64,000 nucleotides of DNA. Source: a virus. This document shows positions 11,139 through 20,633 of this stretch, piece after piece. Position 1 is the first letter of the stretch; every line of letters begins with the position of its first letter. The position numbers and the translations under genes were made by a program. The stretch covers positions 86,361-150,360 of IMG/VR virus record IMGVR_UViG_3300022891_000002, one strand, 5' to 3'. The notes beneath the pieces are model-generated. The model made no database searches and was not told the origin of the DNA. It saw only the letters and a list, made by a program, of their open reading frames with translations.

Positions 11139-12089
11139 TTATTCTTTACCAGTTAATTTAAGATAAAGATTATATTGAGCTTCTAATCTATCTACATAAC
11201 TTTCTAATGATTTCTTTAAATCTCCCCAACTATTTTCTACAAATGGAGTGGGATTATCAACTCCTCTAAGAATTCCTTTACAATATACTGGGTCATCCAT
11301 TAATTCCAGGACTATTTCTTTATAAATCCAAGTCTCTTTTTCTTTCTTCAACTCTTCTAATTGAGCAGATATTCTAGCTTGTAGTTGTTCTAACTCTTGA
11401 ATCTTCTCTTGTTTAGGAGTTAACATCTTTCTTTGTACTTTTTCTTTCTCTTTTACCACTCTTTCTATTCTGCTATCACAAAGCTGCTGTATTTCTCTTG
11501 TACTACTTGCAATACATTTAAAGATAGAATTCTTATGGAACTGAACACTCCCAAAGAAACTATTACTATTAGCTCTCTCTCCTTTAATTATTACTTTGTA
11601 ACCCTGATACTCATAATCTTTTTTAATTATTACTTTGTAACCCTGATACTCATAATCTTTCCAATCTACCCAATCAGTACAATACTCATCTACAAATCTC
11701 TGAAACTTTGAGACTACTTTATCGTAATGAATACTTTCAAAACTTTTATTGTATGGTTTAAATTCTCCTATTTCTCCTATATAAAAAACTTTCTTATCTC
11801 TAGCTCTTTCTCTAGCGGTAAGAAACATTCTTTCCCCTTTATAAGTAATTATACTGGTAGTACCTCTCCAAGCTCTTTTAATATCTTCATAAGTTAGGTC
11901 TTTCATATTCTTCTCCATTAGTTTATCTACATTAGACCTAAAATATTTTAGAATCTTCTCAATATCTGAGTTACCTGAATAATACTCTTGACCATTAACA
12001 GTGTAGTTAGCGGTATAATAGTTCTCTTTCTTCTTCGTAACTGTTATAAAATGATTTTTGTACTTAAAGACTTTACCGAACTCTCTCAT
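11139..12089 (-). CDS. Protein with four tandem HicB-like modules and a coiled coil
   Basis: FKYKNH..FRSNVD, TYKGE..FQRFVD, EYQGY..CDSRIE, IYKEI..LESYVD repeats. Confidence 0.6.
   Translation of the reverse strand: MREFGKVFKYKNHFITVTKKKENYYTANYTVNGQEYYSGNSDIEKILKYFRSNVDKLMEKNMKDLTYEDIKRAWRGTTSIITYKGERMFLTARERARDKKVFYIGEIGEFKPYNKSFESIHYDKVVSKFQRFVDEYCTDWVDWKDYEYQGYKVIIKKDYEYQGYKVIIKGERANSNSFFGSVQFHKNSIFKCIASSTREIQQLCDSRIERVVKEKEKVQRKMLTPKQEKIQELEQLQARISAQLEELKKEKETWIYKEIVLELMDDPVYCKGILRGVDNPTPFVENSWGDLKKSLESYVDRLEAQYNLYLKLTGKE
11583..11660. repeat. Perfect 39-bp tandem duplication, in frame
   Basis: tttaattattactttgtaaccctgatactcataatcttt occurs twice; encodes KDYEYQGYKVIIK twice. Confidence 0.95.
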
Positions 12090-12091
12090 AG

Positions 12092-12856
12092 CTACATCTC
12101 ACTAGACAACTTCAATATCTGCTCAATAGAACTTCTATACTCCTCTTTCATAGGTAAATCCTCATTTACCTTTAACCTTCTCCTAGTAGTCAAGACTTCT
12201 TCTTTAGTTAACGGGTTATAACCAGTCTTCTCATAAGTTTCCCAATAGATTCCAGTACCTCTTCTCTGCCAAGTAGGAACCTCATTGAAATTAATCCCAT
12301 TCTCAAATAGAAGTTCATTCTTAAACTCTCTAGTCTTCTCATCTAATATATTTGTAGCTTTTCTAGCTGAATGACCTGAACTTCTTAAAGTCCAGTAGCT
12401 ATAACCATTTAACGCACATCTTGTAGCATCAGCTTGTCTCCATAAGAAATAGTCAACTACTTGAGATTTATTAACTAAAGAAATAAGTCTACTATCAAAA
12501 CTAATTATTGAACCAGATAGATTAGTAAAAGTAGAACTAGCAATACTAGCAGAGATAGACACTAACTTCTCTACACTTCTATTAAATAAATCCCAATCTG
12601 TAGGAAATAAAATAGATATCTCATCACTTTCTGTGTAACCGTAAATTCCACCTAACTCAGTAACTAATGCTTTAGTAGTCTCAACCATCCAAGAGTGAAA
12701 CGTTAAATCAAAAGGTTTATCAAATTTAGAGTTGTAGGTAAAATTAGAAAATGAACGTCCATCTACTCTAATTACTGTATAAGTCTCAGGAAGTAATTTA
12801 AGATTGTGGAAATACTCTAATGAACGCATTTTAGCTTCAAAAACATCATTATTCAT
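12092..12856 (-). CDS. tRNA(His) guanylyltransferase Thg1-like protein (3'-5' polymerase)
   Basis: VIRVDGRSFS, KPFD, YTESDEIS, FDSR, YFLWRQAD, WQRRG. Confidence 0.95.
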   Translation of the reverse strand: MNNDVFEAKMRSLEYFHNLKLLPETYTVIRVDGRSFSNFTYNSKFDKPFDLTFHSWMVETTKALVTELGGIYGYTESDEISILFPTDWDLFNRSVEKLVSISASIASSTFTNLSGSIISFDSRLISLVNKSQVVDYFLWRQADATRCALNGYSYWTLRSSGHSARKATNILDEKTREFKNELLFENGINFNEVPTWQRRGTGIYWETYEKTGYNPLTKEEVLTTRRRLKVNEDLPMKEEYRSSIEQILKLSSEM

Positions 12857-13402
12857 TTAGCTCTCCTTTTTATACAACAAATCTCTCAACTCACTAAAAT
12901 AAGGAACTAACGCTTCTATTCCTTCTCTTACAACTACCTTAATAACTTCAGCTTGACAGAAAGGAAAATAACCTGCAAAGGGGTCTTCAAAATCATCAAA
13001 ATCTTTAGCATAAACTAATTTCTGAGGATTTTCTTTTAAGTGTTTATACCACAACATTACGTAATACTGAATTCCATAATCGTCTATTACAAAACTATTA
13101 CCTTGTTCGTTAGACTTAACTGGTAGATTTAACTTTCCTATTTGCCAACTTACCTGTCTTATTCTCAGTTTTTCACAACTTTTAACATCTCTCCAACTAG
13201 AAGGGGCATCACAAGTATCAAATCTCTTTGCACATTGATAATGGTTCTCGATTGAATCTTTCTTGCCAAACGCAGTTACATAACAAAAGAAGGGACTGAA
13301 CTCTTTATTTCCTTTAGAGTGACATTGAAGAATCCTCTTACCCTCTTCAACTCTAAATTCACCTTCAAATACTTTCTTGTACATATTAATTCTCTCTAGC
13401 AA
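12857..13402 (-). CDS. NADAR-like protein
   Basis: CHSKG..EFSPF and SIENHYQCAKRF resemble the NADAR EHYxQAxKF motif. Confidence 0.5.
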   Translation of the reverse strand: MLERINMYKKVFEGEFRVEEGKRILQCHSKGNKEFSPFFCYVTAFGKKDSIENHYQCAKRFDTCDAPSSWRDVKSCEKLRIRQVSWQIGKLNLPVKSNEQGNSFVIDDYGIQYYVMLWYKHLKENPQKLVYAKDFDDFEDPFAGYFPFCQAEVIKVVVREGIEALVPYFSELRDLLYKKES

Positions 13403-13805
13403 AATGGTCGTAATATACTAACTCATCTTCTTCATTTAGAAAACCGTAAACACAATACTCCTCATTAAAATCAGAGGTACTTGTAACTTCTCTTATTTCA
13501 CTTAAATTACCAGGAACAAAAGGATAGAAACTTCCCCATTTCTTGTGATAAAACTTTCTACTATAAATTGGTCGAGTATTAGTCGTATCACTAAGTATTC
13601 GTTCTGGCCTATTAAAAGTTATATCGTCGTTCTCATTAATGACATAGCCAACAGCAACTTTTATAGGTCGGTAAACTCCAAACTCAATATTGTCTTTATA
13701 AACTGGTCTAAGTATCTCTTTTCTTGACGGAACTCTTTCTACTACTGGTTCTTCTGATTCTGGTTCACTTTTAGTTCCAAAGAAATAGCCACGAAACATT
13801 CCCAT
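13386..13805 (-). CDS. Phage paralog family B (also 19873-20166 and the C-terminus of 22591-23226)
   Basis: Shared VG(Y/I)(L/V)..N....F and G(F/Y)(L/I)N...EL.YY motifs. Confidence 0.6.
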   Translation of the reverse strand: MGMFRGYFFGTKSEPESEEPVVERVPSRKEILRPVYKDNIEFGVYRPIKVAVGYVINENDDITFNRPERILSDTTNTRPIYSRKFYHKKWGSFYPFVPGNLSEIREVTSTSDFNEEYCVYGFLNEEDELVYYDHFAREN

Positions 13806-13820
13806 AATAATTCTCCTAAA

Positions 13821-13985
13821 CTAACTACCAATCAAATCATTTACTTGTTCCCGAAAACTCTTCTCTAATCCATCCTTACTCTTACTAGATATATAAATTC
13901 CTAACTTTTCACATTCTCCATCATATTGTTCAGACATTGAGTTATAAGTAATAACTAATTCGTACCCTTTATAGCTGTAATACAT
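13821..13985 (-). CDS. 54-aa stand-alone HicB-like module (absent from ORF track)
   Basis: Hand translation MYYSYKGYELVITYNSMSEQYDGECEKLGIYISSKSKDGLEKSFREQVNDLIGS. Confidence 0.7.
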   Translation of the reverse strand: MYYSYKGYELVITYNSMSEQYDGECEKLGIYISSKSKDGLEKSFREQVNDLIGS

Positions 13986-13992
13986 TTTTATG

Positions 13993-14148
13993 CTAACTAA
14001 CAGAGTTTACGTATCTAACAAAATCTCTCTTCAACTCATCCTCATAATCAAAGTTATTACTATAATTCAATTCTCTACAAGTACCGTAATAGATACAGTT
14101 ATCTTTGAAATAAACTAACTCGTACTTTAGATAGAAATAACTATTCAT
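13993..14148 (-). CDS. 51-aa stand-alone HicB-like module (absent from ORF track)
   Basis: Hand translation MNSYFYLKYELVYFKDNCIYYGTCRELNYSNNFDYEDELKRDFVRYVNSVS; AGGAG RBS upstream. Confidence 0.7.
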   Translation of the reverse strand: MNSYFYLKYELVYFKDNCIYYGTCRELNYSNNFDYEDELKRDFVRYVNSVS

Positions 14149-14165
14149 TGTTTTTCTCCTCTCCT

Positions 14166-14705
14166 CTAATATAAATAAAATACAGGATTCATTAAATTAT
14201 AGTTTTCGTAATCTGTACCTAATATATCTAACAACTTTTGAGGTACTTCATCTCCAAATAAACTCCTAGACGTAAAACAAGACTTCTCATCTCTACTAAA
14301 GAAATACTCTAAACCTTTATTCAAAATCATTTTCTCGCAGAAATAATACCAGTTAAGAGAATATATCTCAATTAGGAAACGTAGAAGCTCGTTAATTTTG
14401 TATTTACTGATATTAAGTTCATTTAACTGAATAGACTCAACAATCTCTTTACTGTTAGATAAACAAACTACAGCAGGATAAATATAAGAAGAATCTAATT
14501 TGTACAACTTATACTCAATAGCAGTAGATAAATAATTAGGGATAGATTTATAAGTTTGCTGGTTTCTATTAGCTAACCAATGATTGCTCTTTAAATCTAC
14601 TAAATATTCAGTTCCATTTTCAGACCGAACATTTGGTGAGGTAATACTGATAGCAGGTAAACCAAACCTACCTTCTTTAGTGTCAAATATAGTGTCTTGA
14701 TTCAT
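14166..14705 (-). CDS. Hypothetical protein, paralog of the C-terminal part of 15629-16339
   Basis: Shared GTEY.VD, TAIE.KL.KL, SRDEKS.F, VPQKLLDIL.TD, NP.FYLY. Confidence 0.75.
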   Translation of the reverse strand: MNQDTIFDTKEGRFGLPAISITSPNVRSENGTEYLVDLKSNHWLANRNQQTYKSIPNYLSTAIEYKLYKLDSSYIYPAVVCLSNSKEIVESIQLNELNISKYKINELLRFLIEIYSLNWYYFCEKMILNKGLEYFFSRDEKSCFTSRSLFGDEVPQKLLDILGTDYENYNLMNPVFYLY

Positions 14706-14988
14706 TTTGTTTACTCCTCATCTAATAAATAGAATTCAATATAAGTTCCATCCGTAAAGATAAATCTATTCTTCCCCTCTACTTTTTCATTACTCTTAAT
14801 TATTTTACCTAAATAAGATTGAGATAAATTTAACTGCTCACTAACTGGAAAATAATAAGGATAAAGATTGTTACCTTTAGCAAACATTAATAGTAGATAG
14901 TAAGGAGTTCCATAACCACTATCTACAAGTAAGTCTGATACTAAGCCATACTCAATCTTGAATAATCTAGCTCCATTTAATTTATCCG

Positions 14989-15297
14989 TCATTTGATTCT
15001 CCCTCGATATTGATTATGTAACCTATCCAACACTTCAATAACTTCCGGTAAAGCTTCTGGATAATAACGAAGCATAGAGTTGAACAAATCTTGAGCTAGT
15101 ATCTCTTGACCATATTGAATCTGTTCTTTTTCTTTTATAGCATTATCAACTAATTTTTTAAAATCTTTCTTTAGATAATCTGTGTCTGAACTCGTATCTT
15201 CATACCCTAATTCTTCACATTTTCCACTGTAATAATAGCCATGAAATTCTACAACTAGAAGGTAGCCTTTATATAAGAAATTATTATTCTCTTCCAT
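14989..15297 (-). CDS. HicB-like module protein
   Basis: FLYKGYLL...YSGKCEELG...LKKDFKKLVD. Confidence 0.65.
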   Translation of the reverse strand: MEENNNFLYKGYLLVVEFHGYYYSGKCEELGYEDTSSDTDYLKKDFKKLVDNAIKEKEQIQYGQEILAQDLFNSMLRYYPEALPEVIEVLDRLHNQYRGRIK

Positions 15298-15556
15298 TTT
15301 GATTTTCCTCTTTATTTGTTAACTGACTGATAAAAATTCTCATCCCAAGAAGACAATAATTCTGCTGTATCTTCATCGTCAAATACTTGAATTAGTGCAT
15401 CTACAGCATTTGATATTTTCTCTACTCTATCTGATGAATTTAATCCCCTATCACAATCTCCTCTAAGAGCAATACTTTTACCAACACATTCCATGATTTT
15501 TCTTTCACGACGAGTTAATAACATTGTTTTCTCCTTATTAATTAGTAGAAATAGAA

Positions 15557-15616
15557 TGTAGACATTTCTTGAAATCTGTGGACTATATTTAGTACAAATT
15601 TTAGAAAAAGTCTACA
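15557..15616. repeat. 60-bp imperfect palindrome (TG...CA)
   Basis: Left arm TGTAGACATTTCTTGAAAT versus reverse complement of right arm TGTAGACTTTTTCTAAAAT; intergenic. Confidence 0.7.
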
Positions 15617-15628
15617 CTCCACTATTGT

Positions 15629-16339
15629 TTAATACAAGTAGAATAGTGGATTAGCACACATATAATTACCAAAATCTGTATCTAAAATATCTAGTAACTT
15701 TTGTGGCACCACATCTTCCTCTCTAGCACAATACGTGTCCCCAAATAAATCCTCTGTTTCAAATTTAGATTTCTCATCTCTACTAAGTAGATAGGCTAAC
15801 CCTTTAGTATTTATTATTGCTATACAAAAATCAATCCACATTTCAGGATTAATTTCCAGCAGTTGACGTAACACTTTATTTACTACTTCTCTCGTTGCTT
15901 TTAGTTCTGACTGTTGGATAGATTCAATTATCTTAGTGTCAAAAGTAGTATAAGAAGAAATACTGTACGCACCTAACTTAAACAATTTACTCTCTATAGC
16001 AGTAGCTAAATGCTTTGGTACATCTTTATTACAATTACGTCCCCACTGTAACCAATAACGACTTTCTACATCTACTACATACTCTGTTCCCTTAATACTC
16101 ACAACAGGTAAACTAAGAAACTTTTTATGAGTATCAAATATATCTGCTCCTAATTCTTCTATTCTTTCGTCTACTAATTGTTCAAATTTCTTTTTTAGGT
16201 TAGATACGGTATCTGTAGTGAAATTATACTTGTACTGGTCTACTTTTACTAACTCAACAATTTCCCCTACTAGACAATTTCTATCTAAATCAGTTGTTAT
16301 TTTAAGAGTAAAACCTTCGTATCTTAGTGTATCAGTCAT
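15629..16339 (-). CDS. HicB-like module fused to a domain paralogous to 14166-14705
   Basis: LRYEGFTL...LVGEI...DTVSNLKKKFEQLVD, then the shared C-terminal domain. Confidence 0.7.
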   Translation of the reverse strand: MTDTLRYEGFTLKITTDLDRNCLVGEIVELVKVDQYKYNFTTDTVSNLKKKFEQLVDERIEELGADIFDTHKKFLSLPVVSIKGTEYVVDVESRYWLQWGRNCNKDVPKHLATAIESKLFKLGAYSISSYTTFDTKIIESIQQSELKATREVVNKVLRQLLEINPEMWIDFCIAIINTKGLAYLLSRDEKSKFETEDLFGDTYCAREEDVVPQKLLDILDTDFGNYMCANPLFYLY

Positions 16340-16357
16340 AAATTTTGTTTCCTTTTT

Positions 16358-16419
16358 ACTGTTACTTTTTTATTATCAGCTAAATCCACTAAGCCCACAG
16401 ATTAATAAAAATTACCGCA
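16358..16419. repeat. Left hybrid palindromic site: arm A - 27 nt - arm B
   Basis: ACTGTTACTTTTTTATTA-N27-TAATAAAAATTACCGCA. Confidence 0.85.
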
Positions 16420-16430
16420 AATTATCTAGA

Positions 16431-16487
16431 GTTGCTACTTTTTAAATAATTTGTGATATACTATAAAGGTACACGAATTTACCGCAA
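16431..16487 (+). promoter_or_regulatory. Extended -10 promoter bracketed by partial copies of arms A and B
   Basis: TGaTATACT at 16454-16462; GTTGCTACTTTTT at 16431; TTACCGCA ending at 16486. Confidence 0.55.
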
Positions 16488-16491
16488 CTCA

Positions 16492-18279
16492 ATGATTATT
16501 ATCGACGCACCTCCTAATTCCCGTTATTGTTCAGAATTTATGACTGAACTGCCTAAAGGGATAATTGACAAACATGAAACTGGTGTAGGAGCATCAGTAT
16601 TAGCTCTTGAAGACCAAAATCCGTACATCTTAGCAGTTCCTACTATTGAGATTATCAGAAACAAAGTAGAGCAATATCCTAACTATAGAAGAGAAGAAAA
16701 GATATTTGGTTTTTATGGTGGAGTTAAAGAAAGAGATTTACTTTTCTATGCGAACTCTACTAAAATCCCAAAGATAATGGTTACTTATGATAGTTTTGAT
16801 AGAGTTTCTAAATTGCTATCTAGTGATAAAGATAAATATAGAGTTCTAGTAGATGAGTTCTCTGACTTATTAGATGCTTACTCTTATAGAGATGCAGCAA
16901 TTGACAGGTTACTTAATGCGGTTAAAGATTTTGATTATGTAACTTATATCTCGGCTACTCCTATTAAGTCTGAATACTACCCAGAATGTTTGAAGGGATT
17001 GGATGAGTATCAGATTAACTGGGGAGAATATACAAAAGTCAAAGTAGAAAGGAAGAAGACTAATAAACCTTACCAGTTAGCTTGTAATATTATTGAGGCG
17101 TATAAAGCTGCTGGGGATGAAGGTATTAAAATGCCTAACGGTCAGTATAGTAAGTCCGCTTATTTCTTTGTTAACTCCGTAAATTCAATTCTAAATATAA
17201 TAGAAGCTGCGGATTTACGTCCTAGTGAAGTTCGAGTTATTTGTGCTAATAACAAAGTTAACCAAAGCAAGATGGACTTATTTCAAATAGAAAAAGCACT
17301 TGACCCAGAGAAGAAATTCAACTTTATAACTTCTACGGCTTTTAAAGGATGTGACTTCTACTCCGAAACTGGAGTTATCTATGTAGTTAGCAATACTCAG
17401 AATAAGAACACTTTAATTTCTATTGACACTGATATCAGACAAATAGCTGGTAGAATTAGAACTCTTAGTAATCCTTTTAGGAAGGAAATTTATCATCTTT
17501 ACAATACTGACTCTAGCTTATTATCTCAGGAAGAGTTTGACGAATTAATTAAAACCAAGGTAGAGCAAACTACTAATCTACTATCTCTCTACCACAAAGG
17601 TAATGAATCTGAGCAGAAAGCTTTCTTAATAGATTGGGAGAGTAATACTAAATATGGTTACTCAGATGATAACTATATTAGTAAAAGTATTGATGGTGAA
17701 CTCTACTTCAATCACTATATGATGCTCAATGATAAGAGAAGATGGGAAATATCTAGTAACGTCTACAGAGATGGATTAAGTGTTAGAGAAGCTTATGTAG
17801 AAGCCGGATTTGAATTAGTAGCTAATGACCAGGACTTCGTTAACGTTCAAAATGAAAACAGTTTTATTCATAGACTAAGTAGTAAGTCTTTCAAATCTAA
17901 TTGTTTGAGCTATATTGATAATGAAAACGAGAGGGTCTACTTAGGAGATAGATTCCCTCTCATCAAAGAAAGTTATGAACAACTAGGAGCTGAGAGAATG
18001 AAAGCTGTCAACTATCTACCGGACAGACTTAAGAACGAGCTTAAGTTTAAGAACGTAGATATTCAACAGTGTATCAAATCTGAGCTAAGAAGACTACTAG
18101 CTGTAGGAGAGGTTTACACACTATCTCACCTAAAGACTGTAATTAACGATGTCTATACACGACTACACTTAAGCAAAAAAGGTAAAGCTAGTGATGTTAC
18201 CCAGTATTGCTCTACTAGAACTAAGAGTATTCGGATAGATGGAAAGACAGTTAAAGTAATGGAGATTTTAGAAGAATAA
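16492..18279 (+). CDS. SF2 helicase-like protein, origin-binding/replication initiator type (paralog 2)
   Basis: DKHETGVGAS, VLVDEFS, SAT, YFFVNS, QIAGRIR, C-terminal GKASDV; colinear with 3878-5557. ATG at 16492 preferred because the GTG at 16453 overlaps the -10 box. Confidence 0.75.
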   Translation: MIIIDAPPNSRYCSEFMTELPKGIIDKHETGVGASVLALEDQNPYILAVPTIEIIRNKVEQYPNYRREEKIFGFYGGVKERDLLFYANSTKIPKIMVTYDSFDRVSKLLSSDKDKYRVLVDEFSDLLDAYSYRDAAIDRLLNAVKDFDYVTYISATPIKSEYYPECLKGLDEYQINWGEYTKVKVERKKTNKPYQLACNIIEAYKAAGDEGIKMPNGQYSKSAYFFVNSVNSILNIIEAADLRPSEVRVICANNKVNQSKMDLFQIEKALDPEKKFNFITSTAFKGCDFYSETGVIYVVSNTQNKNTLISIDTDIRQIAGRIRTLSNPFRKEIYHLYNTDSSLLSQEEFDELIKTKVEQTTNLLSLYHKGNESEQKAFLIDWESNTKYGYSDDNYISKSIDGELYFNHYMMLNDKRRWEISSNVYRDGLSVREAYVEAGFELVANDQDFVNVQNENSFIHRLSSKSFKSNCLSYIDNENERVYLGDRFPLIKESYEQLGAERMKAVNYLPDRLKNELKFKNVDIQQCIKSELRRLLAVGEVYTLSHLKTVINDVYTRLHLSKKGKASDVTQYCSTRTKSIRIDGKTVKVMEILEE

Positions 18280-18280
18280 C

Positions 18281-18342
18281 TGCGGTAATTTTTATAAACG
18301 TCTATGACTCGTATGCCCAGAGATTAATAAAAAAGTAGCAGT
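18281..18342. repeat. Right hybrid palindromic site: arm B' - 27 nt - arm A'
   Basis: TGCGGTAATTTTTATAA-N27-TAATAAAAAAGTAGCAGT, starting one base after the helicase stop codon. Confidence 0.85.
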
Positions 18343-18344
18343 TA

Positions 18345-18416
18345 GGAGTGATAGGTTATTATTCAAGATATGTTTAGATGTTTCTAAATTTAACTCAAAT
18401 AATAGTCTACCACTCT
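18345..18416. repeat. Imperfect palindrome of about 64-70 bp
   Basis: GGAGTGATAGGTTATTATTCAAGAT versus reverse complement AGAGTGGTAGACTATTATTTGAGTT; shares GTCTAC(C)ACTC with the 15557 element. Confidence 0.6.
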
Positions 18417-18444
18417 CTATAAGTTGATTAGAAATTAGAAGTTT

Positions 18445-18822
18445 TTAAATCTTATATCCTGAGAAGAAATGTCCTTTTACTTCATCAGGACTGCTTAGAT
18501 AAAATGCGTTTTTGTAGAGATTATAGATATTATTAATTTTCATATCTATGGTAACTGCATCATAATCATTAGCATCTATCTCTTCTCTTAGTATTTCTAG
18601 CTGTCTTTCATATTGAACCATTAATGGATTGTTTATAAGCTTAAAGTGTTTTCTATTTTCTCTCCTTATGTCTAGATGTTTCTTGAATTGACTTTGTAAT
18701 CTTTCTACAGAAGTATCTTTCTTGAAGAAATAGACGTTTGAACAAATACCATAAACAAATCCATTTGCTTCAGTTACAGTCATAAAGATATCGTCATCTT
18801 CGATTAGAGATTCAACTGTCAT
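18445..18822 (-). CDS. HicB-like module plus C-terminal helical module
   Basis: FVYGIC...TSVERLQSQFKKHLD; C-terminus resembles that of 18941-19309. Confidence 0.5.
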   Translation of the reverse strand: MTVESLIEDDDIFMTVTEANGFVYGICSNVYFFKKDTSVERLQSQFKKHLDIRRENRKHFKLINNPLMVQYERQLEILREEIDANDYDAVTIDMKINNIYNLYKNAFYLSSPDEVKGHFFSGYKI

Positions 18823-18907
18823 AATTCTTCCTCTAGTTAAGATTTTGTATCAGGTATCTACAAGGGTATAGGCTACAAGAATGAGATTGTTTCTACATTG
18901 ATTTATT

Positions 18908-18930
18908 AGGGAGAAACTAATCTCCCTTTC
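18908..18930. terminator. Terminator-like hairpin
   Basis: AGGGAGA-aactaa-TCTCCCT in an intergenic gap. Confidence 0.55.
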
Positions 18931-18940
18931 TATTATCTAC

Positions 18941-19309
18941 TTATTCTTTCTTACTGGTTGATTCAAAATACTCTCGTCTAATATCTGCTTCACTTAAATC
19001 TAATAAATCACCGAATAACTCATGAATACTTTTAAGTTCTTGTGCCGTTCTACTAGCAGAAAAAGTAACAGAATCAAAAGATAAAGCTCTTAAATACGAG
19101 TAATATGTATGAAGTATTTTATCTTTGTAGGTTATTCTAGAATCTACTTCTTTCTTAAACTTGTTAAAAAGATTGTCTACATTAGTACCTTTAAAGACAT
19201 AAGTAGGTGAAAATTCTGGACAAGTGCTTTCATAATAAGTAATACCGTCATCTTCTGCTAATGTAGCTACTCTTAATAGATAGCCTTTGTACTTCAATTC
19301 GTCTGACAT
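18941..19309 (-). CDS. HicB-like module plus ELKxIHELFGD module
   Basis: LKYKGYLL...FKGTNVDNLFNKFKKEVD; C-terminus shared with 54746-55186. Confidence 0.7.
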   Translation of the reverse strand: MSDELKYKGYLLRVATLAEDDGITYYESTCPEFSPTYVFKGTNVDNLFNKFKKEVDSRITYKDKILHTYYSYLRALSFDSVTFSASRTAQELKSIHELFGDLLDLSEADIRREYFESTSKKE

Positions 19310-20633
19310 AATTTTGTTATCTGTTTTGATTTAGTTTGCTGAAATGTAGACGCACCCTATTATTTATCTACTCCTCAACTACTTTCTCATAAACCTTTAC
19401 TACTTTAACTTCTTCTCTACAAGTCAATAAATAACAAGTTTCGGTAATATCAGGTTTCCAATCTCCAGTATCATATTTACCTCCTCCAAAGTAATAAGTA
19501 AATCCTATAAAGTAATCAGATAGACCAGTTATAGGAATAGCTAATTCTTTACTTGGATATTCGTAATCGTCGTCTCTAGTACCTGTTTCTGCTCCTATAT
19601 CCACTAGGTCAGACTTCATATCCGAGATAGTGTCAGATAGAAATCCAGTATCATATATTTCGTGATATAGGTTTTCACAGAATTCCTCATCAAAGTCAAT
19701 ACTTATTATTTTCTGGATGTCTACTTCTAGAGATTTGATATCTTCTTCTAAGTTAGTATGGAATCTAATATAATCTTTATATCTATCTCTTCTTTTTATT
19801 TCTTCCCAGACTTTAAGTAGAATCTCTCTGTACAAATAGGAGGTAGCTTTCTTCATTATTCTTTCTCCTTAGTTATAGATACTGGTCATAAAATACAATA
19901 TCATCATTAAGGTCAATATAACCAATAGAACAGTTTAATCCATCAACAATAGTAGTAATCTCTTTAACTTCTTTAACTTCGGATAACCAACGATAACTAC
20001 ATTCACCATAATCCCCATTAGTATAGAAACAGATATCGTAGAGATTTACATGAGTCACTCTATTTTTAAGAGGTTTGTGGAATATTACTTCGTTGTTAGA
20101 GTTCAATATTCCAACTTCTACGAATTTATCAGTACCATCCGGGGACTTAAATACTTTTTCGGTCATTCTTTCTCTCCAATACCTTCTTCTTTCTTAACTC
20201 GTCAGAGACTCGTTCCGAGAAACTTGAAACCTAATAACAACTGTAAAAGCTCGTTAGCAGATTCAGGAGTATTCTTTAGTATTTTTTGAACTAGGAAGAT
20301 ACAGGGTTCTACAGTCCTCTTCTCTTCTACTCCTTGGACAAATCTATCTTCTATTTGTTGAACATAAATAGAATCTGCATAATCTTTAATTTCTGGTTGA
20401 TTGAGTATTTCTGCTATTGAGTTAAGTGATTCTTGTAACTGTTCTTCGTTAGTCATTTCTTTCTATTTACTATTTCTTTTCTAGCTTCAGTAGCAATTAT
20501 TTTTACAGAAACCCACTTATCTATTAAAGTGTCATCTCCGTAGTGTCCCAATGCTTCTAAGATAGAAACAGCATCCTTTTCGTCTATCTCTTTAAGAAAC
20601 TTTTTACCTATCATTTCTTCTATACTCATTTAT

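Larger units (their letters stand above)
16360..18340 (+). mobile_element. Candidate integrated 1.92-kb helicase-only cassette
   Basis: Single opposite-strand gene flanked by two equal-length sites; outer arms match each other as inverted repeats (17/18) and so do inner arms (16/17). Confidence 0.45.

Noticed and set aside
16453-16491. GTG start given in the ORF track for helicase 2
   Set aside because: It overlaps the predicted -10 box; the in-frame ATG at 16492 fits better.
16358-18342. Classical IS/transposon reading of the inverted repeats
   Set aside because: No transposase motifs or target-site duplication, and the spacers match in direct rather than inverted orientation.
18845-18897. 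Possible fifth palindrome with repeated CTACAAG
   Set aside because: Arms pair poorly and the length differs from the 60-bp elements.
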